Assembly (NCBI RefSeq): GCF_006345805.1 | Contig: NC_042998.1 | Span: 82,460,001-82,524,000, forward strand | Reading direction: 5' to 3' | Length of the DNA stretch: 64,000 nt | Source: Octopus sinensis | Taxonomy: Eukaryota | In this document: positions 23,335 to 36,570 of the stretch, one piece after another | Layout: each line of letters opens with the position of its first letter | How positions within the stretch are numbered: the stretch's first letter is position 1 | Notes under the pieces: generated by a model | What the model saw: the letters and a program-made list of their open reading frames with translations, nothing else | Told to the model about the DNA's origin: nothing | The model's database searches: none | Program-made: the position numbers and the translations under genes

Positions 23335-25700
23335 AATATTATTTTTAGCTTGAAGTGATAACTGCATGATATCCTTATAAATTTGTATTAGTACATCCGT
23401 GAAGAATGAGGTAGAAAAAAGAAGTATGATCATTCTCCTTGTTAATTCTTTCTTGTGTAGTGATTCCGTCTTCACATTGGTAGAAGAGGAATCTGTAAAA
23501 TTGGGGATTTTTGTCTTTAGCGCACGAGTCTATTTGGCTACTTAGTGGAATTTGACAGTATTCTGGGAGATTTATTTGTTCTTTATGGACCGCTACTCTT
23601 TTACGCAAAGGGAGGCTCGTTTGCCCAACATAATTACGTTGGCATCTGGCGCATGTGAAAACTTTCTCGGAAGAACAGGAGAAGTTGGTCTTGATTTTAA
23701 ACTTTGTTCTTTGTTTGAAAATAAATTCAGAGCCTTCAAGTAGGAAGGAGCAGGTGCCACAGTTTGAGCGTGCACATTTTTTAACTGATGGGGTGGATGT
23801 GGTGTGTGAAGTTTGGCATTTGTCAAGAGTTTTTTCAAAGAATTATGTTGCCTTTTACATTTGAGGATTTTATGTGTATTGATAATGTTATTCATTTTTG
23901 AGTCTATGGACAGTAGAGTGAGGTTTTGTATGATTGTGGTATATGCTTCGATATTTTTGGGGTTGTGGGTGGAAATGTATGGAAGTAATTTGGGATTGTG
24001 TGTTTTGTTGGGTTGGGTGGTTTTCAGTGTAATGTTGTCTAGTTCTTTGGCACGTTTTATTCCATACTCTATAAGGGTGGAGGGATATTGGCGTTGTAAT
24101 AGTGTTTTTTTGAGGTCTTGAAGGCGTATTTCACGAGTTTTGGGATCCGAGATAATGGTGCATACCCTTTTAGCTAAGTTGAAAGGGATATTTATCTTGG
24201 TGTGTTTTGGGTGGCAGGAGCTAAAGAGGAGGTATAGTTGTGAGTCTGTAGGTTTGTGGTAGATGTCTGTTATGATTAGGTTGTTAGGTGTTTTTATAAT
24301 TAGGAGATCAAGGAAAGGGAGATGATGTTTGCTGAATTCTATAGTGAATTGGATGTTGGGGTGTATGTTGTTCAGTATGGTTTTGAATTCCAGAAGCTTT
24401 TCATAAGATTCTTTCCATATGATGAAACAATCATTCAAATACCTTTTCCAGTTTTCCATTAGGTAGATGTGGAAAACGTGTCCAAATTTCTGGCGTGATA
24501 TCTCATAGAGTGATAGTTCGAAGAAGCCTATTATGAGGTTCGCAAGGACTGGTGCAGCCTTGGTATCTATCGCAATACCACATTTTTGACGGTAGTGTGT
24601 GTTATCGAAGAGGAAATAATTGTTTGTCAGAATGAACTTGAGTGATTCCGTAATGAAGGTCTTGTGAATGCGGTCAGGGAATGCCTCTGGGTGTTTCTCT
24701 AGCCAGAAATCAATTGCCTCAATACCATATTCATGTGGGATGTTGGTGTAGAGGTTGATGACATCAAAGGACACCAGGAGTGCCTGTTTTTTCGGGAGGT
24801 ATTTGAGCATGTCCAGATCATCCCTAATGAAACTTTTGATGTCAGTAAGGAAAGGTTTCAAAAGGATATCTAGGAAATTACTCAAGCGGTGTGTTTCACG
24901 GGAGGTGCCAGCCACGATGGGCCTTAGTTTTAGGTCCTCTGGTGCTTTGATGTTGATGTGGATGTCAGAGGAGAGTTTGCAGGCTTCGGTGATGTATTTG
25001 TTTTTATGGACTTTAGGAAGGTCATAAAAAAGTCTAGGCTTGCATTTGAAATTGGTGATATAATCCCTTTCTTTTTCTAAGTCCCTGACCGTGTTGGAGT
25101 ATGAGGGTGGTAAGGTTTTTGATTGTTTTTTTGTTGTTTATAGTTGTTAATAACCTCATAGAAAGTGTTGTTGTTTAGCATGGAAAGCACTAGGTGTTTA
25201 TAAACCTCCGTGTCCATAAGGACCACAGAACTCCCTTTGTCGGTTTCTTTGATAGTAAGGTTTTTGTCCAGATGTAGGTCACGTAGGTTTTACTGAAGTT
25301 GGATTTTGCCTTAGTTTTGCCTGGGGTAAAGGGGAGACTTTGGATGTGTTTGTAAAAATCGTTCAGTGCCTTATTTCTTCCTTTTGATGGTAGGAAGTTA
25401 CTTTTGTTTTTGATCAATGAATCGTCCTCATTGTTGAAATCTGTCAGAGTGTCTTGTTAAACGAAGTTTTCTGCAGAATTCAGAAACGTCGTCCTTGACC
25501 TCCGGGTGTTCTTGGGGTGGGTGTGAATTTCGAACCTCTTGCTAGGATGTTGATTTGGGTTGGTGTCAGTGTTTTGCTAGAGAGGTTTATAATTTTTGTT
25601 TTCTTATTTTGGGTCTGTGTTAGCGGTGTTAGATGTTTTCTAAGCTTTATGATATATACACGCGTTTCAGTAAAATGCTGAAATAATTGCATAACAATGG
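23335..25700 (-). mobile_element. Penelope-like element (RT plus GIY-YIG endonuclease), decayed
   Basis: N-terminal IINLSSKTLTPTQINILARGSKFTPTP; TDKGSSVV; LRPIVAG; LVSFDVINLYTNIP; QKCGIAIDTKAAPVLANL; KRYLNDCF (catalytic DD changed to ND); LPFLD; YHKPTDSQLYL...SCHP. A Cys-rich linker and CARC..NYVGQT...RKRVAVHKEQI endonuclease remnant lie at about 23400-23760. The Cys linker suggests the Neptune group (inference). Confidence 0.95.
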
Positions 25701-26611
25701 CAGAGACATTTTGTTTGCGTGTCGCAATCTACATTGATATGTTTGTGTGTATGCATGTCCGTCTGTGTGGCTGTGTGTGTGTGTCATTTTGAAATATAGT
25801 GTATTATGTGATTTTATTTGATGCCGTGTTTCTAATCCAGAGAAGTGTCTCTAAATATACGTTTGTGTGACAATGGACGTATCATACCACATAACATTGA
25901 TATTGTTTTACAAGGCGGTTAATGCGCCGAGCTGGCACAATCCTCATTACGTTTTATCCTTTAGAGATCAACCAAACAGTACTATTTAAGCATTAGGGTC
26001 GATGTAATTGACTTACTCCCTGCCCAGAAAAAATATCAGAGAAACAGACGCGCGTATATAGATATGAATATGCTTTATATAGCTAAGTTCATTGCAAGTT
26101 TATCCTTAGTCTGCGAACTTAGTGCTTCGAAGCTGGAACCAAGATGATCTTGCCAGTCCCTTACTCACCTTTTCTTTGCATATGGTATGTTATAAGAATT
26201 ATTTAACAGTTTATAAAATTGTCTAATTGCAATTTATGTTAAGTAGTAATTCCGTTATGGTCATTTATATGTCAATTATACACTCTATGCATGGAGTACG
26301 AAGGCGACAATTATTCGTTGTTAACCACATCTCTTTGCTCTCACCATTATTCAAATAAAGTGAATGGACATTAAAAGAAATTTGACAGTGGTTCATCAGA
26401 AGCTTTATAAAGTTTCCTTTAACAACTCAAATAGCTAGCTACATTAAATAGTATTTAAATTGCAGAGCATTCAATTAAACCTTGATGAATGAGAGTTGCA
26501 CATGTCAATTTAGTGTATGTAAATTTGTAGGTGTAATAGTATTTACATATATATAAATAAATCAATCAATAAACATACATACATACACACGCAGGCACAC
26601 ACACACACATC

Positions 26612-26707
<96 letters not shown>

Positions 26708-28084
26708 GTATATTTGTATGTAAGGAATACAGTGTGTTCAGTGAGAGCGTTTGTGACGTTATTTGTTCATTAGTACATCGATTTGCCTTACTAATATTAG
26801 GCTGGTTATACATTTTGTACACATTAAATGTAAATATAGACATAGCATATATAGAAAAGAAAGAGAATTAAGAGAGAAGTGCCGAGTCCCAGACGAGGGA
26901 CATTTCATTTATATATTTCTGTTTATATTTCTTTTAACTAATTGACTTTATCAATAAAGTCGAGGCGTAATTGATAAATTTAATTAAATTTATATACAGA
27001 CAAACATATTGAATCTCTAAAAACTTTGGTATAAATTATTAATCCATGTTGGTTATATAAGAACGAATTCATAACTTGAATGCTTATTGCACTTTCGCTT
27101 CAATTTATACCATTGTACAAGCTAAATCACTTTTTTCAGCAAACAAAAATATCCGTTTGATTAGTAACACTTCTGTTTCAGATGAATTAAAATGTATTTC
27201 TTTCTAAAGGTCAGAATAAATGTTCAAAATCTGATAAGAAATTTTCTTCTTTTACATCAAGAATATTTTCAAAACTTGTGTTTCTAGGCGTTGCGATAGT
27301 AGTAGAGGTGGTTTTAGAGGTGGCAAGCCAAGATAATTCTTTCTATCAGTAAAGTCCGTAGCCTGAGGGCTCTTGGATCTTTTCAAATTTCAAATTTAAC
27401 TGAGATTGGTACTGATTACTTTGCAGTAACAAAAACATTTTTTTTTAGTCTTGTTTTATTCCGAACACTTACTTCTTTTCTGTCTGATATGATAAGGTAT
27501 CACAGGCCTTTGTTTGGGCAACGGGAAATGTAGATGCATCTTAAGTGCTGGAAGCAACTTTCGATTGTTCGTTCTCTTTTGTTCGAGTAGTTTTCTCAAG
27601 ATGAAAATCAAAATGTTGAATATCTACAGCAATAATAGTTTAAAAACATTTAGGGAGATTGCTATGAAATTAAAGCTGTGCTATATGAGGTTTCTTATGA
27701 AATTTATCAACATTTCTAGAAGCCATCGAAATAGAATGGAAGATTCAGTAATTTCGTTTAAGTAATGAATGATATTTAATACAATGTTATAGTGTTCAAT
27801 CAACGATGTATATAATGTATTTGAATTAAACCCAGCCACTATTATTAATTTTATCAGGTGTATTAATATCTATATTAATTATTACTCTGTTAACGATAGA
27901 CACCTCTTATAATTATATTAAACTCTTAGAGTCCTGCAAATTTTTCAACTGGATGTTACTTTTGCCTCGGTAATCTTTTCTACTACAGGCACACATGGCC
28001 TGCCTGAAATTTTGTTGGGGTGGAGAATAGACGATTACATTGATCCCTATCCATAGCTGGTACATATTTTATCGACTACAAAAA

Positions 28085-30085
28085 GATGAAAGACAAAGTT
28101 GGCCTCAGTTCAAATTGAACTCAGCCAAGATAAAGCCTTCACTCTCTGCCTTTAGCCCTGAGTTTTGTAGCCACTGATAGGTGTGCTCTGGTATGCTGCG
28201 GGCGACGTATTTGCTATACAGGAGTTTTTGTTCCCGCCTATCAGCCAATTGTTCGAACGCATTTTGCTTTGCTATTAAATTCACCTTCTTTGCAACTACA
28301 GTTGCTGCATTTACATCTTGCTGTTCAACCTGGGTATTATGCAGAAACTCACTTGAAAACTTTTTTCTCTCCTTCATAACAGAGCGAAGTTTCTGACGTC
28401 TTTCATGATTTTCAACGCGCTTTAGCATCCAATTGTTAGGGGTTTCAAGAAATTTTGCCAATTCAATTATGGTGGTTTTGTAGATCAAGACTCGACATCC
28501 TTGAGCTCTGGTTGGGTAAAGATGATCTGCGTCTGTCCTTGGGTGGTGCATCTTAATGCAAGTCAGCAACTTACGGATTTTCCTGTCAATCTTCCTTATT
28601 TCGCTCATATTCCAGTCAGACGCGTTGAAACTTTAGATAACAAGCGGAACTGCAGAGGGATTTATAACGAACTCGAATTTTAGGATTGCTCGAACTCTCC
28701 TGTAACACTCCTTCCCGATCTTCTCTTTCATACTTGCATGCTGAATGCCAGAACCCTCATTTATTCCGAGATATTTGTAAATTTGTTCTTGCACGAGTTA
28801 TTTTATGACTGTATCAACATCCAACACCAATGAATGTAAGGTCTTCAGGTTCTCTCTGGAAATTGGCCTTGGCACATTTATCAAGACCAGACTCCATCCC
28901 AATGTCATCACTGAATGCTCTCACAGTACGTTGTAGTCCTTCAAACTCATTATCGTCTTTGCCATAGCGATTTAAGTCATCCATATAAAATAGAAGACTC
29001 TATTGTCACCAATTTTATATCCATACCCTGTTCTGTTAAGTTCACTTGTAAGGGGCATTACAGCTATGCAGAAAATTTAAGGTGAATGTGAGTCTGCTTG
29101 GAAACTGCCGCAGATGATATTAATATTTTTGTGGTCAATACTCCATTGGAGTGGTATAATTGGAGATTTGTATTCCACATTGACATGTCGTGTTTCAGAA
29201 AGTTTGAAATCACAGGAGAAATTTTGAAGATATCCAGCGATTTCAAGATCCATGAATGCGGTATACTGTTGCAGGCCTTTTTATAAACAATTCATGAAGA
29301 ACTGAGATTTCTGCGTTTGTTGTGTCAGATCTCAAGGATCATGCGATTGATTACGAGTTTGTCTTTGCATCCATGTGAGCCTCGTCGGCACCCGTTTTGT
29401 TCAGTGGGAAAAATAATGTTCTGATCCATAAATTTGTGTTTTCTCCACGAGGATCGATGTTCAAATTTTATACGTGATAGATAGATAGGTATGTTATGAG
29501 AAGATAGTTTTGGAGAAATTTGCTTTCCTTATTCTTCGGGAGTGGGTAAGTAATATCTCTTGCTAACCAATCTGGTGTTTTCGTAGGATCTCTCATAATT
29601 TCATTGGATAACAGAACGAACTTTTCGTGCGCGCACGGGAGCGATGCGAGCCAGAGATTTGGCATCCTGCCATTACCAGCTGATTTCCACTTATGAGTCT
29701 TCGTGAGTGTCATCCTTAGGTCTACTAGTGTGATGTCTTCCCATGCTTGTTCCAGTAAGATTTTGTAGAATCCTTTTCTGCGTCTAAACCAGTCAGCATT
29801 TTCACTGTATATCTTTTCATCACTCCAGATATATTTCCAGAAGTGTTCAACTTCTTCCATGGCAGTGGGTCTTCAACGGTTATTTTCTCCTTCCCTATTT
29901 CTCTGTAGGATGTTTTCGCGTTGGATGGGAACAGCTTATTTTGCTTGTAAAATTTGTTTCTCTCCTCAATTCTTATTATTATTGTTTTCTCTTTATCACA
30001 GGTTTTGTTGGAACTCCTGGAGTCTTGGTTACGTAGCAGGCTTGCTACCTGCAGTCTACGGTACGATGTTATTCGTTCTTTTCAA
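28085..30085 (-). mobile_element. Old R4-clade retrotransposon fragment (second subfamily)
   Basis: EEVEHFWKYIWS, WKSAG..PNLWL, TPDWLA, LFYMDDL, GLDKCAK, IDRKIRKLLT..MHHPRTDADHLY, WLQNSGLKAESEGFILA; heavily disrupted. Confidence 0.85.
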
Positions 30086-32295
30086 TTATCTAACACTTTC
30101 CTGATTAATCTGACCGTGCAAAGGAGGCAAAAAGTTTGTAACAGTTCTACTGGGCACTCTATTTCAATTTCCTTTACATTCCTCTTGATACCTTCTGATA
30201 CTGTTCCCAAGGACCCGACAATAATTGGCACTATCTTCACCTTCTTCATTTTTCCTAGTTAGGTTATTTCGTACTTAAGAGGGTTGTACCTATCTGTTTT
30301 TCATCTTCCTTCTTGCCTATTCGTGGGCCAAAGGGGTATGCAACATCAGCTGTATAACATACGTGGTGCACTTTATCCAGCACCACGAGGTCTGGTCTGT
30401 TAAGCTCTAGCACTTGATCTGTTTAGATTGGGGAATCCCAGAGAATATTGCTTGTGTTTTGCCTCTCTCTAGCCCCCACTTTTCGCACAGTTTCCAATGT
30501 AGCACTTGCGCTACCTGGTCATTTCGCCAGAACTTGTAATGGCTTTGAGCAAGTCTCGGGCATTCGTTCGTGATATAGTCAATGGTTTCATCTACTCTAT
30601 TGCAGATGCAGCACATCGAAGACACTTCCTCATTCCTAAGGTTGACACTCCAGTTCGTGGCCAAAGCTTGATGCTGCGCTAACTGTATAGTGCACTTGGT
30701 CTCTTTTTTTTAGGATTCCTTTAATCAGTCAATACCAGCAATTTTTTCCAGCAACTTCTGTTGAGGCTACATGGAACTGATTGTGTTGTCCCTTCTTGCG
30801 TAATTCTTCTTCATGTCCTTTTTGTACTTCTTCCTTTGATTTCCCTTTATTCCTGCTCTCAGTAATTCCTCATTCCTAACTGTCACGAGCGAGGTTTCCT
30901 TACTTTAGGTTAGGTATCATTAAGCTCTCGGTGCGTACGCAATCTTCCATACGCATCAGTCCCCTTCCTCCATTTTCTCTCTTCATGTATAGGTGGTCAG
31001 TGTCTTGCACGTATATGATGGACACCATGCATTAGGGCTTTCTTAACTCCTTGTCCATCTTTCTTAGCACCTCCGTTGTCCACTTCATGATTCTCGTACC
31101 ATACCGAACTACGGCGACTGCGCTCGTGTTTATTGCCGAAATTAAGTTTCTGGCATTCAGCTTTGAAGCCAATATTTTTCTCACTCTCCGCAGGTAATCG
31201 TTTTTGTATTTTCCATAATGTCATGGTGTTTGATGCCATCTGTTTAAAGTATTTCTAGGTATTTATAACTAGATTGAGGTTGAATAGCCTTCATTATTTC
31301 ACCACTTGGTAGTCACATGCCTTCTGCCTTGGCAAGCTTAACTCGTCTCGTCACCATTGTAACACATTTTGAAAATCCAAATACCATCTTAATATCATTG
31401 GAGAAAATCCACACAGACTGAACTAGGCTATCCAGTTCTGCCTCGGTTTTGTGAATAGCTTTAGGTCATTCATGAATAGCATGTGGTTTAGTTTTCCCTT
31501 ATCTCTTGTCACATCATACTCCAACTTTGTTTTCTGTAGTATTTCACTCAAGGGGATCATTCCTAACACGAATATCAGTGGGGCCACACTGTTCCCCTGA
31601 AATCTTCCTCTCTTGATTTTCACTTCTCCTAGTACTTGCTGCTCTGCTGTCAATTCCGTTCTCCAGCATTTCATGGTATTCCATATAAAGTTTCTGATAT
31701 TCTCTGATACTCTATACATTTCCATTGTTCTTATTAACCTGGGTGTGGTATCATATCGTATGCTTTGCTACAGTCAACCTATGACAATCTCAGGTTTGTG
31801 TGTTTTTTCTTACAGTCCCTAATAATTAGATTATCAATTAAGAGCTGATCCTTCCTTCCCCGGTTCCTTTTTGGCATCCTTTCTGTTCGGTATATAGCAG
31901 CCCACTTTTTTCCAAGTATCTATATAGTTCACCGGCCAAAGCACCTGACATTAGTTTCCAAATTAGCGGAAGACATTTTGTTGGTCTAAAGTTGGATGTA
32001 GCATTTCCTTTTTCAGGGTCCTTGCGACATAATGCCTTTCTGTTTGTCCTCCAGATGGATATAGCTGTTATCTTTACGGCTTCTTGGACTTCTATATTTC
32101 TTAACCTATCTTGGATTTCATACAACCACTCCATTTCATCATTGTGCTCTACAGGTTGGTCCCAGATCCCTCTCCAGAGTACCTTGCTTTCCTCTGTACC
32201 TGTTATCATTGTTATGTGTATTTGCCCATCTAGTTCCTGAAACAGTTTCTTCTGATTTGCTTCAAGCAACCTCTTTTGCCTGAACTGTCTTTTTC

Positions 32296-32296
<1 letters not shown>
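30085..32296 (-). mobile_element. Old R4-clade retrotransposon fragment (third subfamily)
   Basis: LWRGIWDQPVEH, NFRPTKCL, EQKGCQK, RGRFQGNSVAPLIF, HMLFMNDLKLF, CCICNRVDETIDYITNEC, IVPIIVGSLG, and an ORF end at about 30085. Confidence 0.85.
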
Positions 32297-32339
<43 letters not shown>

Positions 32340-32344
<5 letters not shown>

Positions 32345-35300
32345 TAGAATATTTTTTATATCGTGCTTTCACTTCACTACCGAGCACAGCTCTGTGTGCC
32401 TTGGGTATGTGCTGTGATTTGTTGTGATGCTCTGATGGTTATTGTATGGAAAGTGTTCCGCGTAGGATGTGTGCAGTGCCTAGTAGTGCAATTTTCTGTA
32501 TGTTATATGTGTTTGTAAGTCCTGGTGTTTTTGTTATGTATTTGTCTGAATATTTTTTTATCATGCCTAATGCACCTACTATGATAGGAATTGTTTCTGT
32601 TTTTAGATTCCACATTCTGGTTACCTCTATTTCCAGGTCTTTGTATTTTGAAAGTTTCTCCATTTCTTTTAGAAACACGTTGTCATCCGCTGGTATTGAT
32701 ACATCAATTAGAAAACATTTTTTTTCTTCCTGATCTCTGACAACTATATCTGGTCTGTTGGCCTTAATTTCTCTATCTGTGTGTATTGGCATATCCCAGA
32801 GTATGGTTGCTTTCTCGTTTTCTGAGACCTTTTCTGGTGTGTGCCTATACCATTTTTTTCTGTTGTTATTCCATAATGTTGGCATAGCTTCCAGTGTATA
32901 TAGGTCCCAAATCTGTCGTGTCTGTGAATATATTCCTTCTTAGCCAGGACTGGGCAGACAGAGATAATATGATTTATTGTTTCTTGTCCATCTCCACATA
33001 TTCTGCAGTTACTTGTTATATTTCTTTTCATTACATGTTTTTGGCAATTTCTGGTGGGGAGGCTTTGGTCTTGTGCTGCAATTAAAAATCCTTCTGTCTC
33101 TGCTTTGAGTCCTGAGTTTCTCAACCATCGTTGGGATTTTTCTTTGTCTATTTCTTTTGCATTTAGTTTAGTCCAGTATTTGCTACGAAAGGGCTTTTCT
33201 TGCCATCGTTTTATCATGGTTCGTTGCTGTTCTATTTTTAGTTTGGATTTCATTTGTTTTGTAGCTTTTGTTGTTACTTCATCTTCTTCTTCTACTTCTT
33301 CTTCTTCATATTTGTTAGGTGGTATGATTTCTTGTTTGTATTTGTCAGCTTCCTTAAATACTAAGAACAATTTTTTGTTTTGCTCGTGTTTTGCCGCTAT
33401 TTGTATCAGTTTTCCTTCCTTCTGAAGTAGATATTTTTGCAGTCCTATGGTGGTTATTTTATAGTAGTTTTCCAGCTGAATAAGGCCTCTACCACCTTCT
33501 ATACGTTGTATATATAGTCTTTCTATGTCAGATTTTGGGTGATGCATCCTAGATCCTGTCATTATTTTCCTTGTTTACCTATCTATTTTGGTCAGTTCAT
33601 TTAGTGTCCAGTTAAGGATATTGTAGCTGTAACTTATAACTGGGAGGGCTAAAGTGTTAATACCTATTATCTTGTTTTTAGCATTGAGCTCTGTTTTTAG
33701 TATTGATCCAAGTCGTCTGTAATATACTTTTTTTTCTCTTTCATTTGTGTGTGTTGTGTCTTATTCCTAAGTATTTGTAAGTTTGGCTTTGGTCTAATTC
33801 TTTTATTTCATTGGTTTTATCTAGAGCGATGTTGCTGCTCTTAACTAGTTTTCCTCTTTTCAGGGTTACTTTGGCGCATTTCTCTAATCTAAATTTCATA
33901 TCTATTTCTTTGGTAAATCCATGAACTGTCTTTAGTAGTGTTTCCAGCTGTTTGTCATTTGTAGCGTATAGTTTTAGGTCATCCATATATAAAATCTGGC
34001 TGATCGTGTTGCCGTAACATTTATATCCGCATCCAGTTCTGTTTAGCATATCAGATAGAGGTGACAGTGCCAAGCAGAAAAGGAGTGGAGAGAGCGTGTC
34101 TCCTGGAATATTCCTCTTCTAATGGGAATGGCTTTGGTTTTCACAACTCCCTCTTTTGTTTGGAGCTGTAGCACTGTTTGCCATTTATTCATTGAGTGTC
34201 CTATGTATTTTATAATTGTTGGTGCAACTTTGTTCATGGCTAGTGTTTCGAGGATCCATGTGTGGGGAATGCTATCAAACGCCTTTTTGTAGTCGATCGA
34301 GGCCATACTGAGGCCTTTCTTCTTTCTGTGGCTGTCTTCAGTTATGGCTTTATTGATCATTAGTTGATCTTTACAGCCATATGAGCCTTTGCGGCATCCT
34401 TTCTGCTCTTCTGGAAACAGGTTGTTTTCGTCCAGGTGCTTGTTCAACCTTTGCGATATCACTGCAGTAAATGCCTTGTACATTGTAGGGAGACAGGTTA
34501 TTGGCCTGTAGTTTTCTGGTTTTGCTGTCTCATTTGATTTGGGAATTAAGATGGTTTTCCCCTTCGTGAGCCATTCAGGCATTGTCTCTGGCTCTGCTAG
34601 TATGTTGTTAAAGTTTTCAGCCAGCTTTTTGTGCATTCCTGTTAGATATTTCAACCAGAAGTTGGGGATCTTGTCATGCCCAGGTGCCTTCCAGTTGCTT
34701 AGTCTTTGCAGTGCCTGGGTGACCTCTTCAGTTGTTATGGGGGTCCAAAGTTGCTCAGATGTTGAGTTTGTTGTTTTAATACTCCTTTTTTTTGGTTGTT
34801 CGTTCACCGACTATATTTCTCTCCAGAATTCTTCCACTTCTTCTGCCGTTGGTGCTACAGTGATTTCTATTGCATTTTTGCCAATTTCTTGGCAGAACTT
34901 TTTGGCGTTGGAGTTGAACTGTTTGTTTTGTTCAAAGAAACGTTGGCGTTTCTCGTACCGGCGGATCCTTTGTGCTTTGGCAAGGATATCTTGCTTTAGC
35001 TTTTCTTTTATCTCAGGTAAATCTTTTTTCTGTGGTGTTGTATTTGCGGAGTATTTTTGTTTTCTTTTTGTTGCTCAGTAGCGTTAATTGTCTACTGATT
35101 TCATTAAGAATCGACAGATCTTTTCTCATTTTTTGTATTTTGTTTTGGATGTTATTTATCCACAGGGTTTGTTTGGGTGGTGGTACTCCTGTTTGGATGG
35201 GTTTGAGTGAGTATCCAGCTTCTTTTGTGGCTGCAGTGGCTTCTGCGTATACTAAGTCATTTAGCTCAGTGATATCGCTTTTTGTTTCAGTGGCTATTAT

Positions 35301-36437
35301 TTCCGTGACGGCTAGGTTTATGTTGTTTATAATTGATGGTGTTGTGTTGTCTATTTTGATTTTTGGGAGGTATGGTCGGTGGTCCATTTTGAGCTCTGTG
35401 GTTTTCAGTTCTTTGATTATTCTACTTTTTATAGTTTCATAATCATTAGGCTCCCCTTCGTTGTTTCCAGGTTTTAGCTTTGTGTCGCTTTCTTTATGTT
35501 TGTTTGTCGTGTATTATTATGTATCCTTACGGTCTGGGTTTGTTGTTTTTTGTTTACATCGTTTTTGTTGGAAATGTTACGTTTGTCTTCGTGTTTTACT
35601 GTTTCAGTGTTTGTATTATTTGGCATTGTTGTGTGGCTTCTATCCACATTTTCCTGATGTATTTTTTCTTTTAAATGTTCTATTTCAATTTCTTATATTT
35701 TTTTTGTGTTGAGAATATATCTCCGTATATTTGCTAGTTTATTAGGGTTCATTGTTGTATCCAGGTCTTTATTTATGTTATTTTTCTTCCATATGTTGTA
35801 TGTATGTGTTGTTGTATTTTCATTCTTTGGGTAGAGCACTGCTGTAAAGTATGCGTGTAGGATAGAAATGTATTCCTCACGTGTCCATTTATGTCTTTTG
35901 GGTTTTATTTGCGGGTCATGAGGAACAACGTCCGGCCCCTTATTTTGACGGTCGTCATTTTCGTAGGGTACCGGTCCGTTCATTTCTGTTGTCACATTGT
36001 TTTGCACGTGTAGTTTTTCGTACATTTTATGTCGTAAGTTTACAGTACGTACTTCCCGATTGTTATTCTTGGGTTGAATAATACCGGTATTATTTAATTT
36101 ATTCGTAGTTTTTTTGTACATGTTGTTTGGGGCCGGAGATGATCTGGTGTTGATGGATCGTAATGTATTAAGCATGTTTACATGTGTTGTGTTAGAGGTG
36201 GAGATGATATCGAGTTAAAATACATAATTTTGTTTTGAAAATAGTAATAAATTTCAATGAGTATTACTCGGATATAGTCCAATCCTTTGTCAGTTATTTT
36301 TTAGCTCCATGCGATGTCTTTGTTTCCGATGTTTGTGGATAGATTTCGGAGCACTGCTTTATCGCTCTCACATGTTTAACGTCCCGGTGTAATCCACTTT
36401 AACGTCCCCGGTGTAATCCTTTTAACGTCCCCGGTGT
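32340..36437 (-). mobile_element. Near full-length (about 4.1 kb) R4/Dong-clade non-LTR retrotransposon, few disruptions
   Basis: N-terminal Myb-like KWTREEYISILHAYF..LANIRRYIL; RT NWKAPGHDKIPNFWLK, ENYRPITCL, EEQKGCRKGSYGCKDQL, IDYKKAFDS, RRGIFQ, LYMDDLKLY; CCHC; RPD..D..KY endonuclease; same 3' UTR ending CTACTGAA then (TAA)n. Closely similar to the 21747 copy. Confidence 0.95.
36375..36437 (-). repeat. Three about 24-bp tandem repeats at the 5' end of the Dong-like element
   Basis: Plus strand TTTAACGTCCC(C)GGTGTAATCC occurs at about 36375, 36398 and 36421. Confidence 0.85.
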
Positions 36438-36446
36438 CTTCTTCTG

Positions 36447-36570
<124 letters not shown>

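Noticed and set aside
26885-26975. CAGACGAGGG and GACTTTAT-CA-ATAAAGTC-GAGGCGTA, hammerhead-like spacing
   Set aside because: Core boxes are too degenerate to call.
22878-32733. Antisense ORFs such as MESVLRRMCAVPSS and MESVPRRMCAVPSS
   Set aside because: Shadow frames opposite the R4/Dong coding strand.
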